Origin: Hydrogenobacter sp.
Lineage (GTDB): Bacteria > Aquificota > Aquificia > Aquificales > Aquificaceae
NCBI GenBank assembly: GCA_023255875.1
Contig: JAGDVY010000040.1
Span: 70,003 to 134,002, forward strand
Reading direction: 5' to 3'
DNA: 64,000 bases
Part shown: one piece after another, positions 20,169-29,939 of the stretch
Numbering within the stretch: position 1 is the first letter of the stretch
Layout: each line of letters starts with the position of its first letter
Position numbers and translations under genes: made by a program
Notes under the pieces: generated by a model
Told to the model about the DNA's origin: nothing
Seen by the model: only the letters and a program-made list of their open reading frames with translations
Databases searched by the model: none

Positions 20169-20495
20169 TTAACTTGCCTTTGCACCTTCTTTGACTTCTC
20201 TATCTGGCACTATGAGGGACAGTTTTTCACCATCAGAGAGCGCAAGCACCATACCTTGAGATTCTATACCCATGATCTTTCTGGGCTTTAGGTTAGCTAA
20301 GATGAGTATGCTTTTGCCTATTAGTTCCTCAGGTGCGTAGTGCTTGGCAATACCTGCTACCAGCGTGCGCTCCTCTTCTCCAAGAGAGACCCTGAGCTTT
20401 AGGAGTTTTTCAGAGCCTTCTATCCTCTCTGCGGATAGCACTTTAGCCAATCTTATGTCCAATTTAAGAAAATCCTCTATGCCTATGAGTTCCAT
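20169..20495 (-). CDS. Stand-alone tRNA-binding OB-fold protein (Trbp111 / MetRS C-terminal domain)
   Basis: IGIEDFLKLDIR, KLLKL, VAGIA, ANLKPRKIMGIESQGM. Confidence 0.92.
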   Translation of the reverse strand: MELIGIEDFLKLDIRLAKVLSAERIEGSEKLLKLRVSLGEEERTLVAGIAKHYAPEELIGKSILILANLKPRKIMGIESQGMVLALSDGEKLSLIVPDREVKEGAKAS

Positions 20496-20501
20496 GATTT
20501 T

Positions 20502-21356
20502 TTATTTGACACACTTGTTGTCATCTTCCGTTTCTATTTTAACAGCGGTCAGGCTTGTAGCTGTTGCAGGGTCTTGCTGAACTTTTACTTCAAGGCACAT
20601 ACCTTGCTTTATCTGACTTAAGCACTGGCTTTCATAGTAATCTACATGGTTTATCTCGCATTTGGTAGCTGGAGTTAGATTAACTGTATAAATCTTACCC
20701 ATCCATGTGCCTGTAAAGCTTATATCGCTTGTAATATTCTGCACCGTCAGGTATATTTCGTTTCCCTTGTCTCCCATTTCTTGAGGGGTCAGTGGCTTCA
20801 TTTTTACTTCATACACCTGCCAAGGGTTTGTGTTTGTGTTTACTTCAAACTCCTTTAATACAAAGTCAATAACAAGCTTACCCATAGAAAAGGGTTGTAC
20901 AATGCCATTGAACCTAATGTAGCATTTCTGAGTATCACACCGCACCGTGTTGGGTTTGTTGGGTTTTTCGTCCATTGGTGTAAATACAGCCTGGTATTAT
21001 ATGTTACTGGAATCTGTTATGGTAAGATTCTTGTCCATAACCACCTCAAGCCTGTTGTAAGTGCCTTGCGGGATGTTAGCGGTTGTAATGTACTGAAGAA
21101 CACCCTTTAGTTTTGCAAGGTCTGTTTGTAGCCCTTGCTGACTTGTAAAGAGATTCACCTTCTTCTGACAATTGTTGTCAGAACACAGGTTTACCTCGTA
21201 AACTTTGACCAATACAGAAGGATAATTGCTCATATCATCGGTAAAATATACAGATATAGAAGAGTTAGATGAAGTACCGCTACCACCACCTCCACCACCA
21301 CCGCAAGATACCAAAAAAGCACCCAAAACTAAAGCACCTGCCAAAACCTTTTTCAT
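20502..21356 (-). pseudogene. DUF4382-like lipoprotein interrupted by one in-frame TAA (20997-20999)
   Basis: ORFs 20997-21356 and 20502-20975 are in the same frame: AAC ATA TAA TAC CAG GCT GTA TTT ACA CCA ATG; lipobox LVSC, VYFTDD motif. Confidence 0.75.
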
Positions 21357-21380
21357 TTCTCTTATCTCCCTGGAGAACTA

Positions 21381-21408
21381 ATTATAATAATGGGTTAAGT
21401 AAAGTCAA
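21381..21408 (-). promoter_or_regulatory. Sigma70-type promoter for the lipoprotein gene
   Basis: TTGACT-16 nt-TATAAT on the minus strand. Confidence 0.55.
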
Positions 21409-21418
21409 GTATTTTAGG

Positions 21419-21437
21419 GAGGCTGTTTGAAAAATAG
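21419..21437 (+). repeat. Solo end of repeat family B
   Basis: GAGGCTGTTTGAAAAATAG; the CTGTTTGAAAAAT core is also at 34427, 45875 and (inverted) 45967-45979. Confidence 0.45.
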
Positions 21438-21454
21438 GTTTTGAGGATAAGGGC

Positions 21455-22624
21455 ATGGCTGATCACTTGCTTGTATCTTTTATAGGCAAGGCTACAAAAA
21501 GCAAGGAAGAGGGAACGGGCTACCAAAAGATAACCTACAGGTTTGAAGATGGAAGCACTTATGAAAGCTCCTTCTTCACCGTAGCCATCCACAGATACCT
21601 AAAAGAGAAACAGAACATAAAGCCTGATCTGCTTATAGTGGGCACAAACGGTTCTACTTGGGGTGAGCTCTTCCAACTTTCCGAAAGTGAGCGGGTTTTT
21701 GAGATAGCCAGGAGCTTAGAAGAAGGTTTTGACCACGAGAAACTAAAACTGCTAGAAGAGATCCTCTCTGAGGAGTTGGGCGTTAGAGTAAGACTGCTAT
21801 CAGTAGAGGACAAACCACCAAGAGTTTTTGAAATAGCAAAGGAGACCTTCAACATCCTTAGCACCGCAAACTACAAAGAGGTGTTCCTTGACATAACCCA
21901 CGCTTATAGGTATATGCCTTACTCTGTTTTGAGCGCTTTTGTGATTTATAAGAGCCTTAGGAACTTCAAACTGAGGATATTCTACGGCTTTTTGGAACAC
22001 GGGCGCAGGGAAGACCCAAAGCCAGTCTATGAGCTCACGGACATATCCCACCTTTTAGACATCTCAAATGCGGTGTCTCTCATTACTTCCACAGGAGATT
22101 TTAGGGCTTACTACGACAAGCTTGGTGCGGGAGACATTGCCCAAAAAGCCTACTACAAAATAGAAACTAATCAACAACCACGCGCCGAGTTAAAGGAGCT
22201 CATGGAGTTTAAACCACCAGATCAGTACGATACACTGCACAAGGAGATAAACCGTCTGATATCAGAGCTTAACAAAGATTACCTGGACGAGCGAATGGTC
22301 AGCAGGGCAAAGTTCTTCGCAGACAGGGGTCAGTACCTAAAGGCTATAGTACTGCTTTATGAGGCTTTTATGGTGCTTGCTTGCAGAAAACAGAATAGAC
22401 AAGACTGCAACAAATACAAAACCAGAGAAGAGATAAGGGACCAGCTTAGAAATAATGAGAAGTTTGAGTTTTTGAGCCACCTAAGAAACGTCATAGTACA
22501 TGGCAGTCAGCCAGAGGGTAAGTATGGAGGAAAGATACAGCGCATACTTGGCTCAGAAGAAGAGCTCAAAAAAGTGTTTGATGAGTACATAAGCTACTAT
22601 AACCAGCTCAGGAAGGAACTATGA
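21455..22624 (+). CDS. csx1: Csx1/Csm6-family CARF-HEPN ribonuclease (TM1812/DxTHG type)
   Basis: LLVSFIG..YQKITYRF..S.FF, LLIVGT.GS.W, DITHAYRYMP (DxTH), C-terminal HEPN RNVIVH (Rx4H). Confidence 0.85.
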   Translation: MADHLLVSFIGKATKSKEEGTGYQKITYRFEDGSTYESSFFTVAIHRYLKEKQNIKPDLLIVGTNGSTWGELFQLSESERVFEIARSLEEGFDHEKLKLLEEILSEELGVRVRLLSVEDKPPRVFEIAKETFNILSTANYKEVFLDITHAYRYMPYSVLSAFVIYKSLRNFKLRIFYGFLEHGRREDPKPVYELTDISHLLDISNAVSLITSTGDFRAYYDKLGAGDIAQKAYYKIETNQQPRAELKELMEFKPPDQYDTLHKEINRLISELNKDYLDERMVSRAKFFADRGQYLKAIVLLYEAFMVLACRKQNRQDCNKYKTREEIRDQLRNNEKFEFLSHLRNVIVHGSQPEGKYGGKIQRILGSEEELKKVFDEYISYYNQLRKEL

Positions 22625-23406
22625 GCTTAAAGTCTTACAGAACAATAAGGACCTTGTTGGGAGAGTTCAGTCTATTGGATGTAGTGTCCATTACTGTATT
22701 TTTTGGAGCGCTACCTGAGGTTTTGTTCTCGTTAATTGACTTCTTCCTTCAGGGAGAAGGGAACTCTCTAAAAAGGGCTGGGCTTTTGGCTTTGATAACC
22801 GCTGTAGCACTCGCGTACATTTCTGTGAGGTACAAAAAGCTAAAGGAGTTCTTTGAGGAGAGAGATTACCAAGTTGAGGAAGTTTTACCTTCTGCTCAGA
22901 GAGTTTTTATAACCGCCCTTAGCCTTCCAAAGCTGTCAGAAGAAGAGCTTTTGGACATAAAGCATAAGAAAAGCTTAAAGGAAATACGAGAAAAGTATGG
23001 GAAAAATTTTACTTGGATACCTTACCTTGAAACCATAGAAGACCTAAGGAGTAAAGCAAAGCTGGAAAAGATAGTGGTGATACCTTCAGAGCAGTCCAAA
23101 AATTACTACAAGCACTTTGAGAAGATGGTAAATGAGCTATTTGGAGGCTTGAGTGTAGAGCAGTTTGGACCTGCCAATTACGATGACTTTGATGACATCC
23201 AAAAGGCTATGAGGAGTGCATTAAAAGAACTCCAAAGTCGGGGCTACAAGAAAAGTGAGATCATTGTAGGTATAACTGGGGGGACTTCCGCTTTCAGCGT
23301 TGTTGCCTCTGCTCTTACTCTACCTTCAAAAATGGCACTATCCTATTACACACAGAATGCTAAAAAGATAGTTTATGTAAATATTGAGCCAGTTGAGAAC
23401 GAATGA
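22621..23406 (+). CDS. Two-TM plus CARF-like domain protein (Cam1-like membrane effector)
   Basis: Two N-terminal hydrophobic helices; WIPYLETI, VVIPSEQS, NYDDFDDI, IIVGITGGTSAFS CARF-type motifs; ATGA overlap with csx1. Confidence 0.7.
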   Translation: MSLKSYRTIRTLLGEFSLLDVVSITVFFGALPEVLFSLIDFFLQGEGNSLKRAGLLALITAVALAYISVRYKKLKEFFEERDYQVEEVLPSAQRVFITALSLPKLSEEELLDIKHKKSLKEIREKYGKNFTWIPYLETIEDLRSKAKLEKIVVIPSEQSKNYYKHFEKMVNELFGGLSVEQFGPANYDDFDDIQKAMRSALKELQSRGYKKSEIIVGITGGTSAFSVVASALTLPSKMALSYYTQNAKKIVYVNIEPVENE

Positions 23407-23456
23407 GGTCAGAAAATTGAGCGTGAGGGGGTTATAAGATATTGAGGAGGTAGATC

Positions 23457-23600
23457 ATGAAAAAACTTTTTGCTGTTGCGTTAGCGGTATCTCTGTATGG
23501 CTGTCAGGAAGCCAACCAAGTGGATAACTCAGAGCTGTGCGTGGTGAATGACTTTAGGCTCATTTTAACCATAGGATCATTTACAACAAAAGTGGTGTAG
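23457..23600 (+). CDS. Small lipoprotein (47 aa), possibly a frameshifted remnant
   Basis: SD GAGGAGG, MKKLFAVALAVSLYGC lipobox; an alternative frame continues to TAA at 23629. Confidence 0.5.
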   Translation: MKKLFAVALAVSLYGCQEANQVDNSELCVVNDFRLILTIGSFTTKVV

Positions 23601-23672
23601 TGTGTGTATACACCGCACAGAGAAACTAAAAGCTTCTAAAACAAGAGAAAAAATAAAGTAAGGAGGTAAGCC

Positions 23673-23918
23673 ATGCTGTGGTTTATTCTTGCAATTTTAG
23701 ACTTTCTGGGTCTTTGGAGGTTTGGCAGGTCTTCTAATTCTTCTGATCTTGATAGTTTCCATTCCCACAGTAATGACTGTGATATAGACAGAGCCATGTA
23801 CGATCCTTCTTGTCCTTTGTACTGGAGCTTCCATGATACAGATAGTTTTTCTTCCTCTTGGAATGGTATGGATAGTTTTTCTTCTTTTTGGGATAATCAC
23901 TCAACGGATATCTTATAA
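23673..23918 (+). CDS. Small Asp/Ser-rich protein with N-terminal hydrophobic helix
   Basis: SD AAGGAGG; internal 30-nt tandem duplication (DSFSSSW/DSFSSFW). Confidence 0.6.
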   Translation: MLWFILAILDFLGLWRFGRSSNSSDLDSFHSHSNDCDIDRAMYDPSCPLYWSFHDTDSFSSSWNGMDSFSSFWDNHSTDIL

Positions 23919-23928
23919 TGATTAACTT

Positions 23929-26208
23929 ATGGAGATCACAATAGTCCCAATAGAAGAAGAGGTAAAGCAGTCCTATATAGACTATGCTATGTCCGTCATA
24001 GTGGGGCGGGCTATTCCTGATGCTCGCGATGGACTAAAGCCTGTCCAAAGAAGGATACTCTATGCTATGTATCAGATGAACCTAACACCTGATAAACCTT
24101 TTGTAAAGAGCGCAAGAATAGTAGGGACAGTACTGGGATACTACCACCCTCACGGAGATCAGGCGGTTTATGAAGCTTTAGTTAGGATGGCTCAGGACTT
24201 TAATATGAGGTATCCCCTTATAACGGGGCAGGGAAACTTTGGTTCTATAGACGGTGATCCTCCCGCAGCTATGAGGTATTCAGAGGCAAAACTTTCCAAG
24301 GTAGCCATAAAACTCCTTGAGGACATAGAGGAGGATACCGTTGATTTTGTACCTAACTTTGACGGTTCTACCTTAGAGCCATCAGTTCTGCCTTCCAAAT
24401 TTCCCAATATGCTCTGCAATGGCTCTACGGGTATAGCGGTAGGATTAGCCACTTCCATACCACCCCATAACCTCAAAGAGGTTTGTGAGGCTCTAATAGA
24501 GCTTGCAAAGAACCCAGATATATCAACAGAAGAGATAATGAAACACATAAAAGGTCCAGATTTTCCCACAGGTGGCATCATAGAGAACTACTCTGAGCTT
24601 ATTGAGTACTATCACACAGGAAAGGGACATGTAAGGATAAGGGCAAAGGCTCACATAGAAAAACTGCAAGGAGGAAGAGAGCAAATAGTCATAACAGAAA
24701 TACCCTATCAGGTAAATAAGGCAGAACTCATAAAGAGAATGGCAGAGCTCGTAAGGGAGGGAAAGCTAAAAGAGATATCCGATATAAGGGACGAATCTGA
24801 CAAGGAAGGCATAAGGATAGTTGTGGAGCTAAAGAGAGATGCAGACGCTCAAAAGGTATTAGAAAAACTCTACAAATACACAGCCTTACGGAAAAACTTT
24901 CCCATAAACTTTGTGGTGCTTATAGACAACGAACCCAAACAGGTAGGTATAAAAGGGCTCTTGCAAGAATTCCTAAGACACAGGCTTGAGGTAATTCTCA
25001 GAAGGTCTAAACATTACTTGAGGAAGGCAGAGGATAGACTGCACATAGTGGAAGGGCTACTCATCGCTATAAGACATATGGATCAAGTAATACAAGATAT
25101 AAGAAGCTCCCAGGACACAGCGCAGGCAAGGGAAAAACTCATGCAAAAGTACTCTCTTAGTGAAAAGCAAGCGGATGCGGTACTTGATATGAGACTCCAA
25201 AGGCTCACATCTCTTGAAAGCAAAAAGCTTGAAGAAGAAAAAGAGGAACTTATGCAAAAAATAGATTACTACAAAAAGCTCATAGCCAGTGAGGAAGAGA
25301 GAATAAAGGTGTTTATACAAGAGATGGAAGAGATATCAAAAGAGTTTCCTTCCCCAAGAAGGAGTTTTGTTCTTGGATCTGAAGAAGATAAAGTGGGACA
25401 GCTTACGGTAGTCATATATTCCAACGGAAAGATTGCACCCCTTGAAGAGTTGCAGGAAGAGGAAGTGGTCAATGTATTGGATGTTCCCTTTGATGAAGGA
25501 CTATTTATGGTATCCAACAAAGGTAGAGTTTATTGGATAGCGGGTTCTCAGGCTCTTCAGGGAAGTAAAGTGTCCTTTAAGGAAGAGGACGAAAGTATCG
25601 TAGGTGCTTTTGTGAGGTCCCAAGCAAGTGATCGCATTATTCTGATAACCAAGTTGGGATATGTGAAAAAGATACCTATCGTGGACTTTGAGTACAAAGC
25701 TCAAGGTATGTCCATAATAAAGTTTTCTGAAGAAGAGGATCAAGTGATCAGAGTTCTGCAGTCTCCAGAGGAAGGCGATCTTTTGCTATTCACTCAGAAG
25801 GGTAAGTGGCTTAGGTTTCCTATAAAGGATATTCCTCCGGCTACTGTGGGCTCCAAAGGTGTTATAGGTATAAGGTTTGAGGGAACAGATACAGTCAAAG
25901 GAGCAAGAGCTCTAAGGGACTATCCGTACCTTGTGCTCATAACAGAAAAGGGTAGTGTCAGGAAGGTAAGTTTAAATGAGATACCAGTTAAAAGCAGAGG
26001 TTCCAAAGGAATGCGCCTTTTGATACACACAAAAAGTAAGCTTGTGGATGTGGTACCCATAAGAGAAAGCGCGGAAGTTATGGTAGTGACCCAAAAGGGA
26101 AAGGTCTTTTACGATAAGCTTGAGGAGAGCCAAATACCTTTTAAAGAAGTGCCTCGTTGGGACATAGGTGAGGACATCATAACAAGGATCGTAATAAAAA
26201 AGGCATAA
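23929..26208 (+). CDS. gyrA: Type IIA topoisomerase A subunit (GyrA/ParC-like)
   Basis: [29 protein letters not shown] active-site Tyr, beta-pinwheel CTD repeats. Confidence 0.95.
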   Translation: MEITIVPIEEEVKQSYIDYAMSVIVGRAIPDARDGLKPVQRRILYAMYQMNLTPDKPFVKSARIVGTVLGYYHPHGDQAVYEALVRMAQDFNMRYPLITGQGNFGSIDGDPPAAMRYSEAKLSKVAIKLLEDIEEDTVDFVPNFDGSTLEPSVLPSKFPNMLCNGSTGIAVGLATSIPPHNLKEVCEALIELAKNPDISTEEIMKHIKGPDFPTGGIIENYSELIEYYHTGKGHVRIRAKAHIEKLQGGREQIVITEIPYQVNKAELIKRMAELVREGKLKEISDIRDESDKEGIRIVVELKRDADAQKVLEKLYKYTALRKNFPINFVVLIDNEPKQVGIKGLLQEFLRHRLEVILRRSKHYLRKAEDRLHIVEGLLIAIRHMDQVIQDIRSSQDTAQAREKLMQKYSLSEKQADAVLDMRLQRLTSLESKKLEEEKEELMQKIDYYKKLIASEEERIKVFIQEMEEISKEFPSPRRSFVLGSEEDKVGQLTVVIYSNGKIAPLEELQEEEVVNVLDVPFDEGLFMVSNKGRVYWIAGSQALQGSKVSFKEEDESIVGAFVRSQASDRIILITKLGYVKKIPIVDFEYKAQGMSIIKFSEEEDQVIRVLQSPEEGDLLLFTQKGKWLRFPIKDIPPATVGSKGVIGIRFEGTDTVKGARALRDYPYLVLITEKGSVRKVSLNEIPVKSRGSKGMRLLIHTKSKLVDVVPIRESAEVMVVTQKGKVFYDKLEESQIPFKEVPRWDIGEDIITRIVIKKA

Positions 26209-27466
26209 GCGGAACTCCAGCAAGGAGCTTCCACCAATTTTTTAAAAAGTAAAGCATAGGTGCGGATAAAAGGGTTATAAAAATAGCTTCTTTTACAGAA
26301 AGGGGTGTGTTTAATGTAAAGCTCATATAAGACAGTAAGCTCACAGAAGATAGTATGGCTTTACCTAAGTACTCAAGGGGAAAAGAGGGAAGGCTGAAAA
26401 AAGTCAGAAGTTCCAAAATTCCGTAAGCGGTAAAAGGTACAAAAAGAATTCCCACTATGGGTGTAAAGATAACACTAGTTGGTGTTGTCAGAGAAAAGGT
26501 GGAAACTATACTTGCAGTGCCCAAAAAAGCAAAAAAACTACTCCAAAAAGATAAAAAGATGGGATGAAAGCGCTCTGGCACAGAGCTTTTTATATCATCT
26601 ATGTTTGTGCCAGAGAGTATTAGGTAAAGCGTGGCAATAAAGGATAGCCAAAAGGAGTAGGATGTTAAATATTCTGGGTAAAGGAAGAGTATTACAGAAC
26701 CTGAAAAGAAAAGCAAACTTAGGTAATCGGGTCTTCTATCCAAGAGCCTTATTAGTATGGCAAAGAGTAGCATTAGATAAGCTCTCAAGACGGGTGGGTC
26801 CATGGGAACTATAAAAAAAGCGTACCAACTGACCCCAAAGAGCGCAAGAAAAAAGCCATATATGCCCGGCAGTAAATACCTTAGTATTAGTGCTATTAGT
26901 GTCAGGTGAAAGCCAGAAACAACCAAGATGTGTAAAAGTCCTGTACGCCAAAAAGAAGCTTGATATTCAAAGGACATAACATCCTGAGAAGCACCAAAAA
27001 GATAAGAAAGCAAAAGAGCCTCAACATCTTTATCCTCTATCTTCTCTTCCATTCTTTTTATGAGCTTATCCCTTTGAGTTTCTCCCAACAATATGATCTT
27101 CTTTACATCTTTCCAGCTTGATGATATAAAAATCCTTCCGTTATGAACCTTTACGTGTCCAAAGACCTCAAAACTTTTTGATGGAATGTCCTCCGCACCA
27201 AAGAGTGTAAGGTATCCTATCTTGCCATATAACTCAGGAATTTCTCCATCCAAGAGCCTTACCTTAACCTTTATTCCCCTATCATCCGCTTGTGGCACAC
27301 CTTCTACAAACACAACCAATGATCCACTGCCAAGATCATCTGATAAATACTCCTCCTCTTTTTCTACTCTAAGAAAGCTTACCAAAAGAGCTAAGAAGAA
27401 AAGTAGAAGATGTTTAATGTGTCTTGCTTTTAGGATGTTCTCAAAATAGACCATTTCTGAGGGCAT
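26177..27466 (-). CDS. comEC: ComEC/Rec2 family competence membrane protein
   Basis: [24 protein letters not shown]; no MBL C-terminal domain. Confidence 0.88.
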   Translation of the reverse strand: MPSEMVYFENILKARHIKHLLLFFLALLVSFLRVEKEEEYLSDDLGSGSLVVFVEGVPQADDRGIKVKVRLLDGEIPELYGKIGYLTLFGAEDIPSKSFEVFGHVKVHNGRIFISSSWKDVKKIILLGETQRDKLIKRMEEKIEDKDVEALLLSYLFGASQDVMSFEYQASFWRTGLLHILVVSGFHLTLIALILRYLLPGIYGFFLALFGVSWYAFFIVPMDPPVLRAYLMLLFAILIRLLDRRPDYLSLLFFSGSVILFLYPEYLTSYSFWLSFIATLYLILSGTNIDDIKSSVPERFHPIFLSFWSSFFAFLGTASIVSTFSLTTPTSVIFTPIVGILFVPFTAYGILELLTFFSLPSFPLEYLGKAILSSVSLLSYMSFTLNTPLSVKEAIFITLLSAPMLYFLKNWWKLLAGVPLMPFLLRSLL

Positions 27467-28058
27467 CTACAAATTCAATCATCTTTTTGTGATCCTTTAC
27501 ACCTGGACTTACTTCTATACCAGAGGAAACATCAACCGCATAGGGATTTACCCTTTTTACTGCGTGGATCACATTACTTGGGTTTAGTCCTCCCGATAGA
27601 AAAACGCGAAATCCCTCCTTTACAAATTTTTCCGCTATTTTCCAATCAAAAGTCTTTCCTGTTCCACCGTAGGCTTTCTCTGAGTATGTGTCCAAAAGGA
27701 TGGCATAGGCAGATTGCCACTCTTGGTCTATATGCAATTCACCTTTGACTCTAAAGGCTTTTATAACTCTACTTATTCCTATCTTTTTTGCAAACTCAAG
27801 ACTTTCCTCTCCATGAAGTTGGACCAAATCTATACCCATATCAAGGGCTTTTTTGACCTCTTCATACTCAGGATTTACCATAACACCTACCTTTTTAACA
27901 CCGCTTCCTGCACTATGCACCAATTCCTTTAACTCATCAAAGCTTACAAACCGTGGGCTTTTTGGGAAGAGCACAAAACCTATGTAATCAACACCTAAAG
28001 ATAGGGCTTTTTCTACATCCTCACACCTTTTTAGTCCGCAGAACTTAACTTTGACCAT
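27441..28058 (-). CDS. trpF: Phosphoribosylanthranilate isomerase
   Basis: VKFCGL, QLHGEE, GGTGKTFDW, LSGGLNP, DVSSGIE. Confidence 0.97.
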   Translation of the reverse strand: MVKVKFCGLKRCEDVEKALSLGVDYIGFVLFPKSPRFVSFDELKELVHSAGSGVKKVGVMVNPEYEEVKKALDMGIDLVQLHGEESLEFAKKIGISRVIKAFRVKGELHIDQEWQSAYAILLDTYSEKAYGGTGKTFDWKIAEKFVKEGFRVFLSGGLNPSNVIHAVKRVNPYAVDVSSGIEVSPGVKDHKKMIEFVDALRNGLF

Positions 28059-28710
28059 AAAAGAGATCCCTAAGTTTTACCATCTGTTCAAGATGTATCT
28101 GACCTTCTGCCACTTGTTTGTCTATAAAGGCGTAGGATATTACAGATCCAAACACAAACCCAGCTAATCGGGAAATGCTTCCCACCTTCCCCATGGAGAT
28201 GAGTATTTTTTCTCCTTCCTCCTCCTTTCCTATGCATAAAAGCTCCGCTACATCTTTGTAGGAGTTGGCTTTGACAGCAATCTTGACTATATCCGCACCC
28301 CATCGCCGTGCGGATCTAAAGACCTCCCTGAGTATCCATTTGGGTGGTGTAGCAGAAAAGTTGTGATAAGAGATTATAAGCTTTCTGTTGTGGGCTTTTA
28401 CTACATCTCTAACCTTTGACAAGATGCTGAGTGAAGATAATTCCACATCTGTGTAATCACTGATGGGTGATAACTCCCGAAAGAGCTCCTCACGGTTTTC
28501 TACTTTTCTGCCACCCTCTTCTTCACTCCTTATGGTAAGGATGGTCATAAGACCTACAGAGTGGGCTTTTTCTATGAGCTTGCGAACATGATCCACCTGT
28601 GTGTTTTCAAACATATCCACTCTGAGCTCCACTATGTCCGCTCCTAAGGTTTTGCACTCCTCCAAGCGCCTATCAAACTCTGCGTCAGTTAGTGGTACAG
28701 CTATTAGCAT
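28045..28710 (-). CDS. aroD: Type I 3-dehydroquinate dehydratase
   Basis: ADIVELRVD, TIRSEEEGG, ISYHNF, DIVKIA, ISMG..G.ISR. Confidence 0.93.
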   Translation of the reverse strand: MLIAVPLTDAEFDRRLEECKTLGADIVELRVDMFENTQVDHVRKLIEKAHSVGLMTILTIRSEEEGGRKVENREELFRELSPISDYTDVELSSLSILSKVRDVVKAHNRKLIISYHNFSATPPKWILREVFRSARRWGADIVKIAVKANSYKDVAELLCIGKEEEGEKILISMGKVGSISRLAGFVFGSVISYAFIDKQVAEGQIHLEQMVKLRDLFYGQS

Positions 28711-29909
28711 GATGATTTTTTAACCCTCGCTAAGGTCTTTAGAGGTAAGCCAAAGACCTTTGTAAAACCAGCACCAGCCCTGTGGTCAAAAGCATCCCTT
28801 TCGGAATATGTGGCAAGCTCTTCCACATAAAGAGAGTTGGGTGAGCTCCTTGAAGCTATCGTCACAGAACCTTTATACAGCTTTAGTTTAACGCTTCCTG
28901 TGACACACTTTGCTACTGTGGAAACAAAGGCATCTAAGGCTTCTCTTAGAGGAGAAAACCAAAGTCCTTCATACACCAGCTTGGCATACTCATGGGGTAT
29001 ATGGCTTAAAAAGTAGTGGAAGGTAAACCTATCTGTGGTAAGAGATAAAAGTTCTCTGTAAGCGGTATAAAGAAGTGTAGCACCTGGTGCTTCGTAAACT
29101 TCCCTACTTTTTATACCTACCAGCCTGTTTTCAACCATGTCTATCCTTCCTATGCCGTGCCTTCCTCCTATAACGTTTAGGTCAAGGATAAGCTGGCTTA
29201 AAAGCTCGTATCTCTTTCCATTTATCGCTACAGGTGTGCCCTCCTCAAAGGTTATTTCCACATACTCCTCCTCATCTGGTGCTTTCTTGGGAGAGACAGT
29301 CCATTCAAAGGCATCTTCGGGTGGTTCTTCAAGCAGGTCCTCTATGGGACCACACTCTATGGAAACTCCCCACAGATTCTTATCTATGGAGTAAGGTTTT
29401 TCTTTTGTTATCTTTACGGGTATTTGGTGTTTGATGGCGTACTCTACCTCTTCTTCACGAGATCTGAACTCCCACTCTCTAACGGGCGCTATTACCTCAA
29501 TGTTGGGATTCAAAGCCCATGCGGACACCTCAAACCTCACCTGATCGTTGCCTTTTCCCGTAGAACCATGAGCTATGTAATCCGCACCAAACTTTTCCGC
29601 GTACTGAATAAGCTTTTTGGATATCAGAGGTCTTGAAAGAGAAGCGCTAAGGGGATATTTGCCTTCATACAGAGCCAAAGCCCTGAGAGTAGGAAGACAG
29701 TAATCTCTAGCAAACTCTTCTTTGAGGTCCTCTACTATGGCATCTACCGCTCCAGAAGATTTTGCCTTTTGGGGGATATCGCTTAGTTCCTCTCCCTGTC
29801 CCACATCTGCGGTGTAGGTGATAACTTCGTATCCCTTTTGTGTGAGCCACCTTACCATTACGGAGGTGTCCAATCCACCTGAATAAGCCAAAATAACCCT
29901 CTTTGCCAT
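28704..29909 (-). CDS. argG: Argininosuccinate synthase
   Basis: LAYSGGLDTS, HGSTGKGNDQVRF, ENRLVGIKSRE. Confidence 0.98.
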   Translation of the reverse strand: MAKRVILAYSGGLDTSVMVRWLTQKGYEVITYTADVGQGEELSDIPQKAKSSGAVDAIVEDLKEEFARDYCLPTLRALALYEGKYPLSASLSRPLISKKLIQYAEKFGADYIAHGSTGKGNDQVRFEVSAWALNPNIEVIAPVREWEFRSREEEVEYAIKHQIPVKITKEKPYSIDKNLWGVSIECGPIEDLLEEPPEDAFEWTVSPKKAPDEEEYVEITFEEGTPVAINGKRYELLSQLILDLNVIGGRHGIGRIDMVENRLVGIKSREVYEAPGATLLYTAYRELLSLTTDRFTFHYFLSHIPHEYAKLVYEGLWFSPLREALDAFVSTVAKCVTGSVKLKLYKGSVTIASRSSPNSLYVEELATYSERDAFDHRAGAGFTKVFGLPLKTLARVKKSSC

Positions 29910-29939
29910 ACACAAAATTATAACTATATTTAAGAGTTT

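Noticed and set aside
20169-20495. Stand-alone MetRS C-terminal domain as a broken metG
   Set aside because: Matches the known free-standing Trbp111-type protein of Aquificae; intact ORF.
21281-21303. ACC/CCA-rich simple repeat as a phase-variation tract
   Set aside because: It encodes the poly-Gly lipoprotein linker; triplet units would not shift the frame.
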